Part shown: in pieces, positions 53,737 to 61,447 of the stretch | How the letters are laid out: each line of letters opens with the position of its first letter | Position numbering within the stretch: position 1 is the stretch's first letter | Virus record (IMG/VR): IMGVR_UViG_3300047160_018490 | Span: 13,903 to 77,902 of that record | DNA: 64,000 bases | Origin: a virus | Lineage: Duplodnaviria > Caudoviricetes | Direction: 5' to 3' (one strand) | Made by a program: the position numbers and the translations under genes | Notes under the pieces: generated by a model | What the model saw: only the letters and a program-made list of their open reading frames with translations | What the model was told of the DNA's origin: nothing | The model's database searches: none

Positions 53737-54014
53737 GCGATGGCCGTGAGCAAGATAAGGAAGAGGACGGCGCCCAGCACGCAGAAGGCATACCAGACGA
53801 TCTGGGAGAGAAGGGAGATGGCGCGCAGGAGGGGGGTGAGGAGCCTCTCCAGAAGAGGAGGAGGAAGTGGGGCCTCCTCGTACCAGCCATACTCCTGAGG
53901 AGGTTGCTTCACCTCGCTCAGGAGCTTCAATACGTACTCCACCATTTCCATGTGAGCCGTGTTCTGAGGGGGCATCAGGCACCTGTCATGGATTTGATCT
54001 GGGCTGACAGCCAC
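53715..54014 (-). CDS. small membrane protein
   Basis: C-terminal TM segment IVWYAFCVLGAVLFLILLTAIACVF. Confidence 0.45.
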   Translation of the reverse strand: MAVSPDQIHDRCLMPPQNTAHMEMVEYVLKLLSEVKQPPQEYGWYEEAPLPPPLLERLLTPLLRAISLLSQIVWYAFCVLGAVLFLILLTAIACVFYQS

Positions 54015-54172
54015 ACGAACACAGGCGTGAGGATGACCACCACTCCCACGACGATAGCGGCTATTCCGATCCAGAAAACCAGCTCCTTCAGGAGTGGGTA
54101 ACGAAGCTGTCCTGAGTAGGCCGCCATCAGGATGCCGGCGAGGATGATGCCTAGAAGGATGAGGAAGTACAT
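53975..54172 (-). CDS. small two-TM membrane protein
   Basis: Two hydrophobic helices; GAGG upstream. Confidence 0.6.
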   Translation of the reverse strand: MYFLILLGIILAGILMAAYSGQLRYPLLKELVFWIGIAAIVVGVVVILTPVFVWLSAQIKSMTGA

Positions 54173-54176
54173 GGTC

Positions 54177-54395
54177 TTACCCTCTCTGTTTCATGGCCTT
54201 TTCCTGCTCTCCCCTCTCTACAGGCTCACCGATGGCTGTCTTGAGGAACTCGGCCAGGGTCTCATCTACTTTATCAAGGTTGGCCTCCAGCTTCGCTACT
54301 TTCCACCACAGAAAGGGGATCGCCCCCAGGCAGAGCCCTGTGGTTATCGAGAGGACAACAAGGGAGCAAGACAGTGCCACAACCGCCGTCTCCAT
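54177..54395 (-). CDS. small membrane protein with a coiled coil
   Basis: Probable start METAVV at 54395, just after the upstream stop. Confidence 0.5.
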   Translation of the reverse strand: METAVVALSCSLVVLSITTGLCLGAIPFLWWKVAKLEANLDKVDETLAEFLKTAIGEPVERGEQEKAMKQRG

Positions 54396-54397
54396 CC

Positions 54398-55132
54398 CTA
54401 GATGGCGTTTCTCCTGGGGCCAGAAGAGCCGGTGTTCAACCTCGGGATGCGGCGCAAGAGGTCTTCCGCAACCTGGTTGGGGTTCTGGCTTTGGGAGATC
54501 ATCAGGCAGAGCATGTCCACGAGATCGCGCGGGCAAGCCTGCCTCGCAATCGTCACGGCGGTTGGGTACTGCTGCTCAGGAGGCCGGCGAGGAGAGACCT
54601 TCCTCACTGCCCCCACACCCTCATCCACGAGTAGCTGCCTCACTTCCTGGATGTCCATACTCTCTTTGATGGCCCTCTCATAAAGAGGACGCACCTTCTC
54701 GTCCGTAAGTTCATACCTTTCGGCCTGGGAGGGGAGGAGTTTTCCTTCTTCAGGAGTCCCCCCAGCATTCCGATAGACGAGGCCCCTTCCTCTACGCCTC
54801 CTTACGAACCTCTGAAAGTACCTTACTGCCCCGTAGGTGAGTGGTCCTGGAGGTCCCAGGATTACCACAACCCCAGCAGTCCGGATAAGGGCTTGAACCA
54901 TTTCCTTGGAAATGTCAAGACCCTCGGCAGCATTCTTGATACCCTCTCGCCGCGTAAGTTTCAAGCGCCTTCTCTCGCCTTCGGGGAGAAAGTCACCCTT
55001 TTTCAGGTGCTCTATAAGGTAACGCAAGAGGAGATCTCCGGCCTCGATGTAGGCGTCTCTTCCCCTCTTCAGGCAGACTTTCACCCGGTTAAGAAGTGGC
55101 TGCGCCCCTTTGTCCTTCAGGAGTGTGCTCAC
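54398..55132 (-). CDS. basic helical hypothetical protein, possibly nucleic-acid binding
   Basis: 244 aa Arg/Lys-rich ORF; no family recognised. Confidence 0.6.
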   Translation of the reverse strand: MSTLLKDKGAQPLLNRVKVCLKRGRDAYIEAGDLLLRYLIEHLKKGDFLPEGERRRLKLTRREGIKNAAEGLDISKEMVQALIRTAGVVVILGPPGPLTYGAVRYFQRFVRRRRGRGLVYRNAGGTPEEGKLLPSQAERYELTDEKVRPLYERAIKESMDIQEVRQLLVDEGVGAVRKVSPRRPPEQQYPTAVTIARQACPRDLVDMLCLMISQSQNPNQVAEDLLRRIPRLNTGSSGPRRNAI

Positions 55133-55612
55133 CTACCAGTTTCCTGGGTCCTGGGCGATGAAGAAAGTGTAAGTGCCTGGCTTATCAGGGGTAACGACCA
55201 CACCAGCTCCTGAGGGGTGGGGGTCGTGGATTACCCTTTCTCCCAGGGAAACTACGCAATGCTGGAAGGGCTCCCCATCGGTGGCACGAGGAGAGAGGGC
55301 TGTGAAGATATTCCAGATGTCTGGGAGGGCATCAGCGAGGGGCGCCCTCACCTCCAGCATCCACAGGCCCCTCTCTGCACAGGCATCCTGCGTTCGCTTC
55401 CAGAGTTCCGCCCAGCTTCTATGAAGACGCCACCTTGTGGGAGCCATGTCCCACTTCACCGGGCCGTGCTCCTTTCTCAGCTCCTTGATGATCTCCACCT
55501 CATCAGGGAGGTCGGAGAGGTCGCACTCGATGATAGAGGCCGCGCAGGCGCTGAAGCAGTTGCCTGGAGAGAGGGGAGTGTGCTCAGTACGTGTCTGGAA
55601 GACCTTACGCAG
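55133..55612 (-). CDS. small papain-fold (C39-like) hydrolase, probably longer than the track ORF
   Basis: The frame is open to 55621 and adds LRKVFQTR...GNCFSACAASIIECDLSDLPD ahead of the listed ORF. Putative Cys (GNC), His (FQHCVV) and Asp (IHDPHP). Confidence 0.55.
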   Translation of the reverse strand: MRKVFQTRTEHTPLSPGNCFSACAASIIECDLSDLPDEVEIIKELRKEHGPVKWDMAPTRWRLHRSWAELWKRTQDACAERGLWMLEVRAPLADALPDIWNIFTALSPRATDGEPFQHCVVSLGERVIHDPHPSGAGVVVTPDKPGTYTFFIAQDPGNW

Positions 55613-55859
55613 GGGGAAGCCCTATGGAGGCAAGGAAGTCAGGACAGGAGACCAGCACCCTATCAGTACCTCTGAACACATCTTCAGGAACACCGAGGCG
55701 GGCGTAGTCATCCTCCTGAGGTGCGTACTCCTGCCCCCTCTTGCACTCGGGGCAGAGGTAATGCCCAACGCAGGTGAGCACGACCTCTTTCCCGCAGCAG
55801 TCACAGTAGGCACAGCCCACCCTCTGATGGATAGGCCAGCCGTCTTTATCCCACGTCAT
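55605..55859 (-). CDS. small Zn-finger protein
   Basis: CAYCDCC...HYLCPEC. Confidence 0.5.
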   Translation of the reverse strand: MTWDKDGWPIHQRVGCAYCDCCGKEVVLTCVGHYLCPECKRGQEYAPQEDDYARLGVPEDVFRGTDRVLVSCPDFLASIGLPPA

Positions 55860-56205
55860 CCGGGGCCTCCACCTTGGCGAGGATGTCGCTCTCCACCATC
55901 ATGCGAAACTCCGGCTCCTTGCCCTTCACCTTCTCCTCCTTCTTGAGGATGTAGGCGGTGCAGCACTCAGGAGGGACGCTGCTGCCTGCGTAAGCAGGGA
56001 AAAGCACCACGTCCCCCACAGCCAGGCCCATCGGCACTCTCTGCCTGTCGTAGTGATCGAGGCGCCCGGGTCCAATCTCCACGATGAGGCCCTTGCAGGG
56101 GCGGTCCTTCGCTGCATCAGGGAGCAGGATGCCACCTTTCGTGATGCCCTGGGTGTCCAGGATCTTGACGAGGACACGATCATTGCGAGGGTGGACGCGC
56201 GGCAT
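55846..56205 (-). CDS. groES: co-chaperonin GroES (Cpn10) homologue
   Basis: VHPRNDRVLVK...TKGGILLPDAAKDRP..G.IVEIGPG...VGDVVLFPAYAG...ESDILAKV. Confidence 0.93.
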   Translation of the reverse strand: MPRVHPRNDRVLVKILDTQGITKGGILLPDAAKDRPCKGLIVEIGPGRLDHYDRQRVPMGLAVGDVVLFPAYAGSSVPPECCTAYILKKEEKVKGKEPEFRMMVESDILAKVEAPDDVG

Positions 56206-56214
56206 GGGAAGCTC

Positions 56215-56436
56215 CTAAAGAGAGGTATAGGTCAGGTAGATGGCGACAATGAGCAGGGCGAGCATGACCCCCACCAGAAAGGAGATGCAGAAGGTGAGGA
56301 TGACAGCAATCCAGTCACCTCCTCTTCGTGGAGGGTCGTACCATTCTTTCCTTCTCTGTGGGGGGTGGTTGCAGCTCATGAAAGAAAAAGGTGGCGGTGT
56401 TGCCTGGTGGTAACCCAGCGGGTTTGCACTGTCCAC
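56215..56436 (-). CDS. small membrane protein
   Basis: C-terminal TM segment; start uncertain. Confidence 0.4.
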   Translation of the reverse strand: MDSANPLGYHQATPPPFSFMSCNHPPQRRKEWYDPPRRGGDWIAVILTFCISFLVGVMLALLIVAIYLTYTSL

Positions 56437-56468
56437 CTGGCACCAGGCAGCATCGCCATAGGTGCCCT

Positions 56469-56765
56469 TTACTGGTTATCAACCAGCTTCTGGAGGTCGG
56501 TAATCCGCTTCTCCATCTCACCCATATGGGCTTCAAGGTTCTTGCAGCGCTGCTCGGACTCCCTGAGCTTCTCCTCGTAATGGCCACGCAGGATGTTCTG
56601 CCTATCCAGCTCCTTCAGGAGGTCCCCCACGTCCTGGGCGTACTCAGCGTTCTTGCAATTGCCGTAGCCGAAGCCAGCGTCCTTGCACCTGTTGCGGATC
56701 TCCTTCTCCCGCTTCTCGGAGAGGGGAGGCATGGGGATCACGACGGGGGTCTCACTCGCTGGCAC
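56469..56765 (-). CDS. coiled-coil hypothetical protein
   Basis: AEYAQDVGDLLKELDR followed by heptads. Confidence 0.55.
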   Translation of the reverse strand: MPASETPVVIPMPPLSEKREKEIRNRCKDAGFGYGNCKNAEYAQDVGDLLKELDRQNILRGHYEEKLRESEQRCKNLEAHMGEMEKRITDLQKLVDNQ

Positions 56766-56886
56766 AGCTCACCATTCCCTTTCAGGAGTAGCTCCACGAT
56801 GAGGAGGAGGTCCCACACGGCATCGAAGACGATGAGTATGATCTCCAGAACGTCTTCGGTGTCCGTACCTTGCGCCCTCCTCCATT

Positions 56887-57123
56887 CTAGATGGCCCTGG
56901 CAAAGGCGAGGGCAGAGACCAGAGCATTCCAGTCCTCCAGAGGCACTACCATGACCTCGTTCGGGCCTCTTTTGGAGTGCTTGGAGGAGGCGACTACCTT
57001 CTGCACAGCGCGGGTGAGGCGATCCAGCGAGAGGGCCTTCTTCTGGAGGGCTTTCTCCTCCCTGCCCTCCACTGCCTTCTTATATGCCCCGCCACCCAGT
57101 CTTCTTTCCTTTTCCTCAGCCAT
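56887..57123 (-). CDS. basic hypothetical protein
   Basis: 78 aa ORF whose ATG lies 6 nt after a putative -10 box. Confidence 0.5.
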   Translation of the reverse strand: MAEEKERRLGGGAYKKAVEGREEKALQKKALSLDRLTRAVQKVVASSKHSKRGPNEVMVVPLEDWNALVSALAFARAI

Positions 57124-57129
57124 GCCCTC

Positions 57130-57158
57130 TCTATACCTTTCCCCCGGGAGGGAATCAA
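57130..57158 (-). promoter_or_regulatory. putative sigma70-type promoter
   Basis: TTGATT-17 nt-TATAGA; the spacer holds a degenerate copy of the C5G5 palindrome. Confidence 0.4.
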
Positions 57159-57177
57159 GCGGAGTTTTTCCTTTTCC

Positions 57178-58578
57178 CTATCTTATCCAGAACTCCTTCT
57201 GAACCCCTCTCAGGTGGGAGATGATATATCTTAGCGCATCTAGCCGGTGATAATCCTCCTTGTCTTCGATGTCCTCAGTGGGATTGCTGGCGTCATCCAG
57301 CTCGCGGGAGTAGTTCTGGAACTCATCAATCAGGCCGGTGCAAGAAGAGAACACCCTGAGCTGGTCCTGCTTCAAGGTGGCGGTGACTCTGTTGATGCCT
57401 ACCTCCACGTCCTTGATGGGTGGCGCGTTCACGAAGAGGCCGCCTACCCTAAACTCTTCTCTCCACTGGTCTTCGGAGTGGGAGCCACCATAAGCCTTCG
57501 GGCGCCTGGTAGCTCCGGCTGGACCTAGAGGGTCCTCACACACTTCACCCTTCAGGAGTGCCTCCACATGCTTCTTCGCCGTCTGGGAGACCCATCTCCC
57601 CTCTTTGGGATATTCCCTGTAGCAATAGAGCTTGCCCGTCTTGTTGCCGTTGGCATCCAGTTCGGCTGCAAGGAAGACTCCTGCTGTATGCACTCCTCCA
57701 AAGTCCAGCCCTAGATAGCGTGGCCAGGAGTGGGGAATAGAAAAGGGAGCACACACATGCCTCTCAGTGAGGAAGTCCTCATAGATGATGCCAGCCGGTC
57801 GCTCGAACTCCCCGTCATAGAACATCTTATGCTTCCAGGTGGGGAGGATGGCCTTCGTCCTTTCATACTCCTCCCGGGGGAAACAGGGATTCTCGATACT
57901 CCGAAATTGCACCACGTCGATGTAGGGGTGGGAGTGGTCTGGCTCATCTTTATCCTTGCAGGAGCACAGCCTCCTCTGGCACCTTCTCCACGGCTCGAAG
58001 AGGAGGTTACGCAACCATCCCAGGGTATAGGGGGTGGTGGTGATGAGGACGCGCCCCTGGTGGATGGAGAGGCGCCGCTGGACTGCTTCCCAGGTCTCCA
58101 GCTTGAACTTCTTCTGTCCGGCCTCATCCAACCAGGCTGCCTTCGCAGTGGCACTCTCGATGGAGTCCGGGTCCATTGCGTGACCGAAGAAGACCTGGGT
58201 GTCTTCCGAAGTCACATGGCCATAAAGACTTCTGGCACCATGCGCGTTGAAGAGGAAGCGACTCTGAAAAGAGCCCCTCCCCGTGAAGTCACCCCAGCGG
58301 CACTGGGTGCGAAAGAGCCTAAGGAACTCCGGAAAAAGCTTGAGGGAGAGGAGGCGGAAAGTGGGGGCTACCACCAGGTAGTCTCCTGGCCCCTTTTCCT
58401 GCACCTCTCTGGATAGCCAATAGGGCCCAAATGAGGTTTTTCCCGATTGCGCCCCAGAGAGGACCAGTATTATCCTCTTCCTGGAGTTCCATGCCCTCCA
58501 CTGCCCTCGGTGGAAGTTGAGGTGCATCACTCCTGATGAGTCTACGTAACTCAGTGGCCGTACTAGAGTTGCAACCAT
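57178..58578 (-). CDS. terL: terminase large subunit
   Basis: Walker A SGAQSGKTS, Walker B AAWLDEAG, coupling motif TTTP, nuclease GLDFGG and C-terminal YHRLDALRY. Confidence 0.95.
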   Translation of the reverse strand: MVATLVRPLSYVDSSGVMHLNFHRGQWRAWNSRKRIILVLSGAQSGKTSFGPYWLSREVQEKGPGDYLVVAPTFRLLSLKLFPEFLRLFRTQCRWGDFTGRGSFQSRFLFNAHGARSLYGHVTSEDTQVFFGHAMDPDSIESATAKAAWLDEAGQKKFKLETWEAVQRRLSIHQGRVLITTTPYTLGWLRNLLFEPWRRCQRRLCSCKDKDEPDHSHPYIDVVQFRSIENPCFPREEYERTKAILPTWKHKMFYDGEFERPAGIIYEDFLTERHVCAPFSIPHSWPRYLGLDFGGVHTAGVFLAAELDANGNKTGKLYCYREYPKEGRWVSQTAKKHVEALLKGEVCEDPLGPAGATRRPKAYGGSHSEDQWREEFRVGGLFVNAPPIKDVEVGINRVTATLKQDQLRVFSSCTGLIDEFQNYSRELDDASNPTEDIEDKEDYHRLDALRYIISHLRGVQKEFWIR

Positions 58579-59042
58579 TCTTCTATAGCCCGCACGCAGT
58601 TCTCCCAGCCAGGAGATGGGTCATCTCTCGGTGGGTAGTTCCTCTGGGGTAGTGGGTCTTCTGGGTCATAGGAGAGGTGCGAGCAATGTGGCCTGGACCC
58701 ACTTCCTACATCACTCCTGCACAGGAGGCAACACTCATAGCGGTTACTGAGGAAAACCCTCTCGCAGCGGACGCAAACCTTCAGGTGGTAGAGGCCCATG
58801 ACTCCTGAATGGCGGCATGGCGTACAGAGGCCAACAATCTGATCGTAGCGCCTCTTCCTGCACCCCCTGCACAGTGAGGGATCAGGACCCAGGTAGAGCT
58901 TGAGTGGTGGTAGCTCAAAGGGTATCCGATACTTCCTCGCATTCACTACCCGCTTACAGAGGTCCTCTATCGGCAACTGATCCCAGGGAGTCCATACCTC
59001 TAGCACCATCTGCTTACCCTTAGCAAACGTCTTAACTTTCAC
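58563..59042 (-). CDS. Cys-rich hypothetical protein upstream of terL
   Basis: CRGC, CTPC, CVRC and CCLLC pairs; no terminase small subunit motif recognised. Confidence 0.5.
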   Translation of the reverse strand: MKVKTFAKGKQMVLEVWTPWDQLPIEDLCKRVVNARKYRIPFELPPLKLYLGPDPSLCRGCRKRRYDQIVGLCTPCRHSGVMGLYHLKVCVRCERVFLSNRYECCLLCRSDVGSGSRPHCSHLSYDPEDPLPQRNYPPRDDPSPGWENCVRAIEEWLQL

Positions 59043-59060
59043 CTCTGACTCAGGCAGTGC

Positions 59061-59462
59061 TCATGGCCTGTTTCCGAAGACGGCGCCCTCAGCGAGGGAG
59101 GCTGGCAGCGAGTCTCTGAGGGTCTGCATCCTCCTTCTATGCAACCTATCTTCTGCCATCTGCGCGCTGACCTCGACCACCGCCTGCCACTCATCCTTGA
59201 TGATGGCCTTCAGAGTCATGGACTCGCTGGCCTCCAGCTTGGGGGCGTCCAGGGCCTTCAGGGCATTCTCCACGTTCAGGATGGACTGCTCGCAGGTCTT
59301 GATGAGATTGGAGAGGTACTCATCCCCGAAGGCAATCTGGCCCTGCGTCTGTGCTTCTCTGGAGGCGATGCGATAGGCGCACAGAGCATCCCTGAAGTCC
59401 TCCCTCAGGTCGTGGAGAAGGGAGAGGGCCTGCTGCGCCATCTCTTTGGTGTCTTCTGTCAT
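59061..59462 (-). CDS. helical hypothetical protein
   Basis: 133 aa ORF with AAGGAG upstream. Confidence 0.6.
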   Translation of the reverse strand: MTEDTKEMAQQALSLLHDLREDFRDALCAYRIASREAQTQGQIAFGDEYLSNLIKTCEQSILNVENALKALDAPKLEASESMTLKAIIKDEWQAVVEVSAQMAEDRLHRRRMQTLRDSLPASLAEGAVFGNRP

Positions 59463-59465
59463 GCG

Positions 59466-59651
59466 TTACTCCTTGCATACCTCGGGTGAACAGGGAACCA
59501 TCTCGGTCACCTCGCTGCACTTGAAGAGGCAGCGCCCGCACACCAGCCTTCCATCGACCAGCATCACGGGTTGAGGGTGCTCGCAGCCATCGGGGCAATG
59601 GGCGTGGTCGCAACCCCTCTCCGCGCACCACTCTGTGTAATAGTCCCTCAC
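59466..59651 (-). CDS. small Cys/His-rich protein, first gene of the leftward arm
   Basis: Probable GTG start at 59651 (VRDYYTEWC..CDHAHCPDGCEHPQP...VCGRC). Confidence 0.5.
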   Translation of the reverse strand: MRDYYTEWCAERGCDHAHCPDGCEHPQPVMLVDGRLVCGRCLFKCSEVTEMVPCSPEVCKE

Positions 59652-59718
59652 TCCTGAACTTTCCTCTTCTCTTTTCCTGGAGACCGTAGATAATGACCCC
59701 TGGGAGGAGCCCTGGTTT

Positions 59719-59746
59719 ATCCTACTTCCCCCGGGGGAAGAAACAA
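59719..59746 (-). promoter_or_regulatory. putative leftward promoter with a palindromic operator as its spacer
   Basis: Minus strand TTGTTT-CTTCCCCCGGGGGAAG-TAGGAT, located in the divergent intergenic region. Confidence 0.5.
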
Positions 59747-59757
59747 GAGGGGGGAGC

Positions 59758-60045
59758 GTGAGATACAAGATCATTTACCGGGTCTGGTACACCTCCGAAG
59801 GAGTTTTCCGCGAGGGCTGGTGCCCTTATGACTCACTGGATGAACTCGTGGTGGGTATCGAGCACTGCTGCCCGGCCGACGCCAGCATTATCTGCAACTA
59901 CCTGAACGAGCGCTACGAGCCGGAGGACGAGTTAGTGCAGAGGTTTAGAAGGTGGTTCACCTGCCAGCGGCTCTTCGGGCTACCAATCCTCGGGGTACAG
60001 GATACTCCGGTCTGGATACATGGCACCGAGGGAGCAGACCCATGA
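59758..60045 (+). CDS. MRY-family small protein 1
   Basis: GTG start MRYKIIYRVWY..EG.F.EGW..YDSL. Confidence 0.65.
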   Translation: MRYKIIYRVWYTSEGVFREGWCPYDSLDELVVGIEHCCPADASIICNYLNERYEPEDELVQRFRRWFTCQRLFGLPILGVQDTPVWIHGTEGADP

Positions 60046-60275
60046 GATACCAGGTACTCCTGAAGACTTGCTACGAAGGTGAATGCCTCTTCTTCTGGTG
60101 GGCCGCCTACGACTCCCTGAAAGACGTGGAGTGCGGGTGGTTCCACAGGCGCGAGGACGCCATCGATCAATGCAACATCAGGGAGACAGGTAAAAACAGT
60201 GCCTCCTCGATACAGCGTGCTTTCTACCGTCATATAGAGGAGTTTGGAGAGTGGGGTGTGTGGTATATTTTATGA
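60042..60275 (+). CDS. MRY-family small protein 2
   Basis: ATG at 60042 (ATGA overlap); MRYQVLLKTCYEGEC...AYDSL. Confidence 0.65.
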   Translation: MRYQVLLKTCYEGECLFFWWAAYDSLKDVECGWFHRREDAIDQCNIRETGKNSASSIQRAFYRHIEEFGEWGVWYIL

Positions 60276-60511
60276 GATACCGCCTCACCTACATCGTGGA
60301 GTATACCTGTGACGGCACCTTCGAGGATGGCTATGGCATCTGGGACGAGGTCGTAAGGTTCTGGTACTGGGTCTTCCCTGCCGACCATTACGGGGAGGCC
60401 AGGGCCATGTGCAACTTCCTGAACGATGCCTTCCCCTCTCCAGGATACTATGAGGGATGGAGCATCCTCGTGCGCAACCGCTTCCTGTTTCGGATGTATG
60501 AGGAGTCCTGA
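60272..60511 (+). CDS. MRY-family small protein 3
   Basis: ATG at 60272 (ATGA overlap); MRYRLTYIVEYTCDGTFEDGY. Confidence 0.65.
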   Translation: MRYRLTYIVEYTCDGTFEDGYGIWDEVVRFWYWVFPADHYGEARAMCNFLNDAFPSPGYYEGWSILVRNRFLFRMYEES

Positions 60512-60759
60512 TGAGGTACACACCTGTTTACCGCCTGTGCTATGACCAGGAAACAGACTCCTTTGTGGAGGGCTGGCTGGTGGAAGATAGCCTCACGGGT
60601 GGGATCTTCTGCTCTGCCTGCGGGTGGTTTGGGGCCCAGCAGGAAGCCCACTATCAAAACCGGGTGTGGCAATCAGGCCAGGGGAGCATGTGGTGGGTGA
60701 GGCACTGCCTGAAGATGTGGACTGGCTATGACCTCGTTATCCCCAACCCTCCGGAGTAG
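60511..60759 (+). CDS. MRY-family small protein 4
   Basis: TGATG overlap; MRYTPVYRLCY...SFVEGW..EDSL. Confidence 0.65.
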   Translation: MRYTPVYRLCYDQETDSFVEGWLVEDSLTGGIFCSACGWFGAQQEAHYQNRVWQSGQGSMWWVRHCLKMWTGYDLVIPNPPE

Positions 60760-60762
60760 CAG

Positions 60763-61011
60763 ATGGAGCACTGCGCTGATTGCGGGAGGCTTATCCCCAC
60801 CGTCGTCTCGGCCGGGATGGTGCTTTCTGACTTCTCCTTCCTCTGCGTAGGCTGCATACACGGTGGCGCCTTCCTGTGCAGGGACTGCGGCGACAAGTAC
60901 GCCAAGCAGCACCCCAACGCCGCAGATGAGGGTGACTACCGCTGCTCGCGCTGCCTGGCCTCAGGGCGGAACCCCTTCTACGAGCGCCTGGCTTCCTCCC
61001 CCCACTCCTGA
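60763..61011 (+). CDS. small Zn-finger protein
   Basis: CADC, CVGC, CRDC and CSRC pairs. Confidence 0.55.
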   Translation: MEHCADCGRLIPTVVSAGMVLSDFSFLCVGCIHGGAFLCRDCGDKYAKQHPNAADEGDYRCSRCLASGRNPFYERLASSPHS

Positions 61012-61040
61012 ATTCCTGAAAATTCTTCCCCCCCCGCTCC

Positions 61041-61069
61041 TTGCCTATGATGTCGGTGGTGTCTAGACT
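61041..61069 (+). promoter_or_regulatory. putative sigma70 promoter for the rightward small-gene cluster
   Basis: TTGCCT-17 nt-TAGACT, then a small hairpin CTCCC-acgc-GGGAG and the SD AAAGGAGG before ATG 61125. Confidence 0.55.
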
Positions 61070-61124
61070 GTAGATAAGACCTCCCACGCGGGAGGGAAGA
61101 GAAAGCCTGAAAGGAGGCGTAACT

Positions 61125-61433
61125 ATGGACGTACACGAGACTTACAGAAGCTGGGCGCGGAGGAAGCAGGAGGCGGAGCGGCTGATCGATACCCTGAAGA
61201 TCGGCCAGAGCCTCACCTACATCGTGGGTGGGGTGGAGTTCTCGGTGGAGCGCGTCGCCTCTCCCTTCTCGGATGGGCCGCGCTACGCCTGCTACCGCGA
61301 TGGCGTGCGCCTGCGGGTGGGGTTGCCTGGGGCCTACGAGAGCGACCTGCTTACCCACGGGGAAGCAGCCTCCATGCTCTGCATCTGCACCCCCCTCCCC
61401 ATCCACCACAACCCCGAAGGCAACCAGTATTAG
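61125..61433 (+). CDS. hypothetical early protein
   Basis: Strong SD AAAGGAGG. Confidence 0.65.
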   Translation: MDVHETYRSWARRKQEAERLIDTLKIGQSLTYIVGGVEFSVERVASPFSDGPRYACYRDGVRLRVGLPGAYESDLLTHGEAASMLCICTPLPIHHNPEGNQY

Positions 61434-61447
61434 AGAGGAGGTGCGCC

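Noticed and set aside
58563-59462. Terminase small subunit
   Set aside because: The position fits, but neither ORF shows a recognisable HTH/TerS pattern, so both are left hypothetical.
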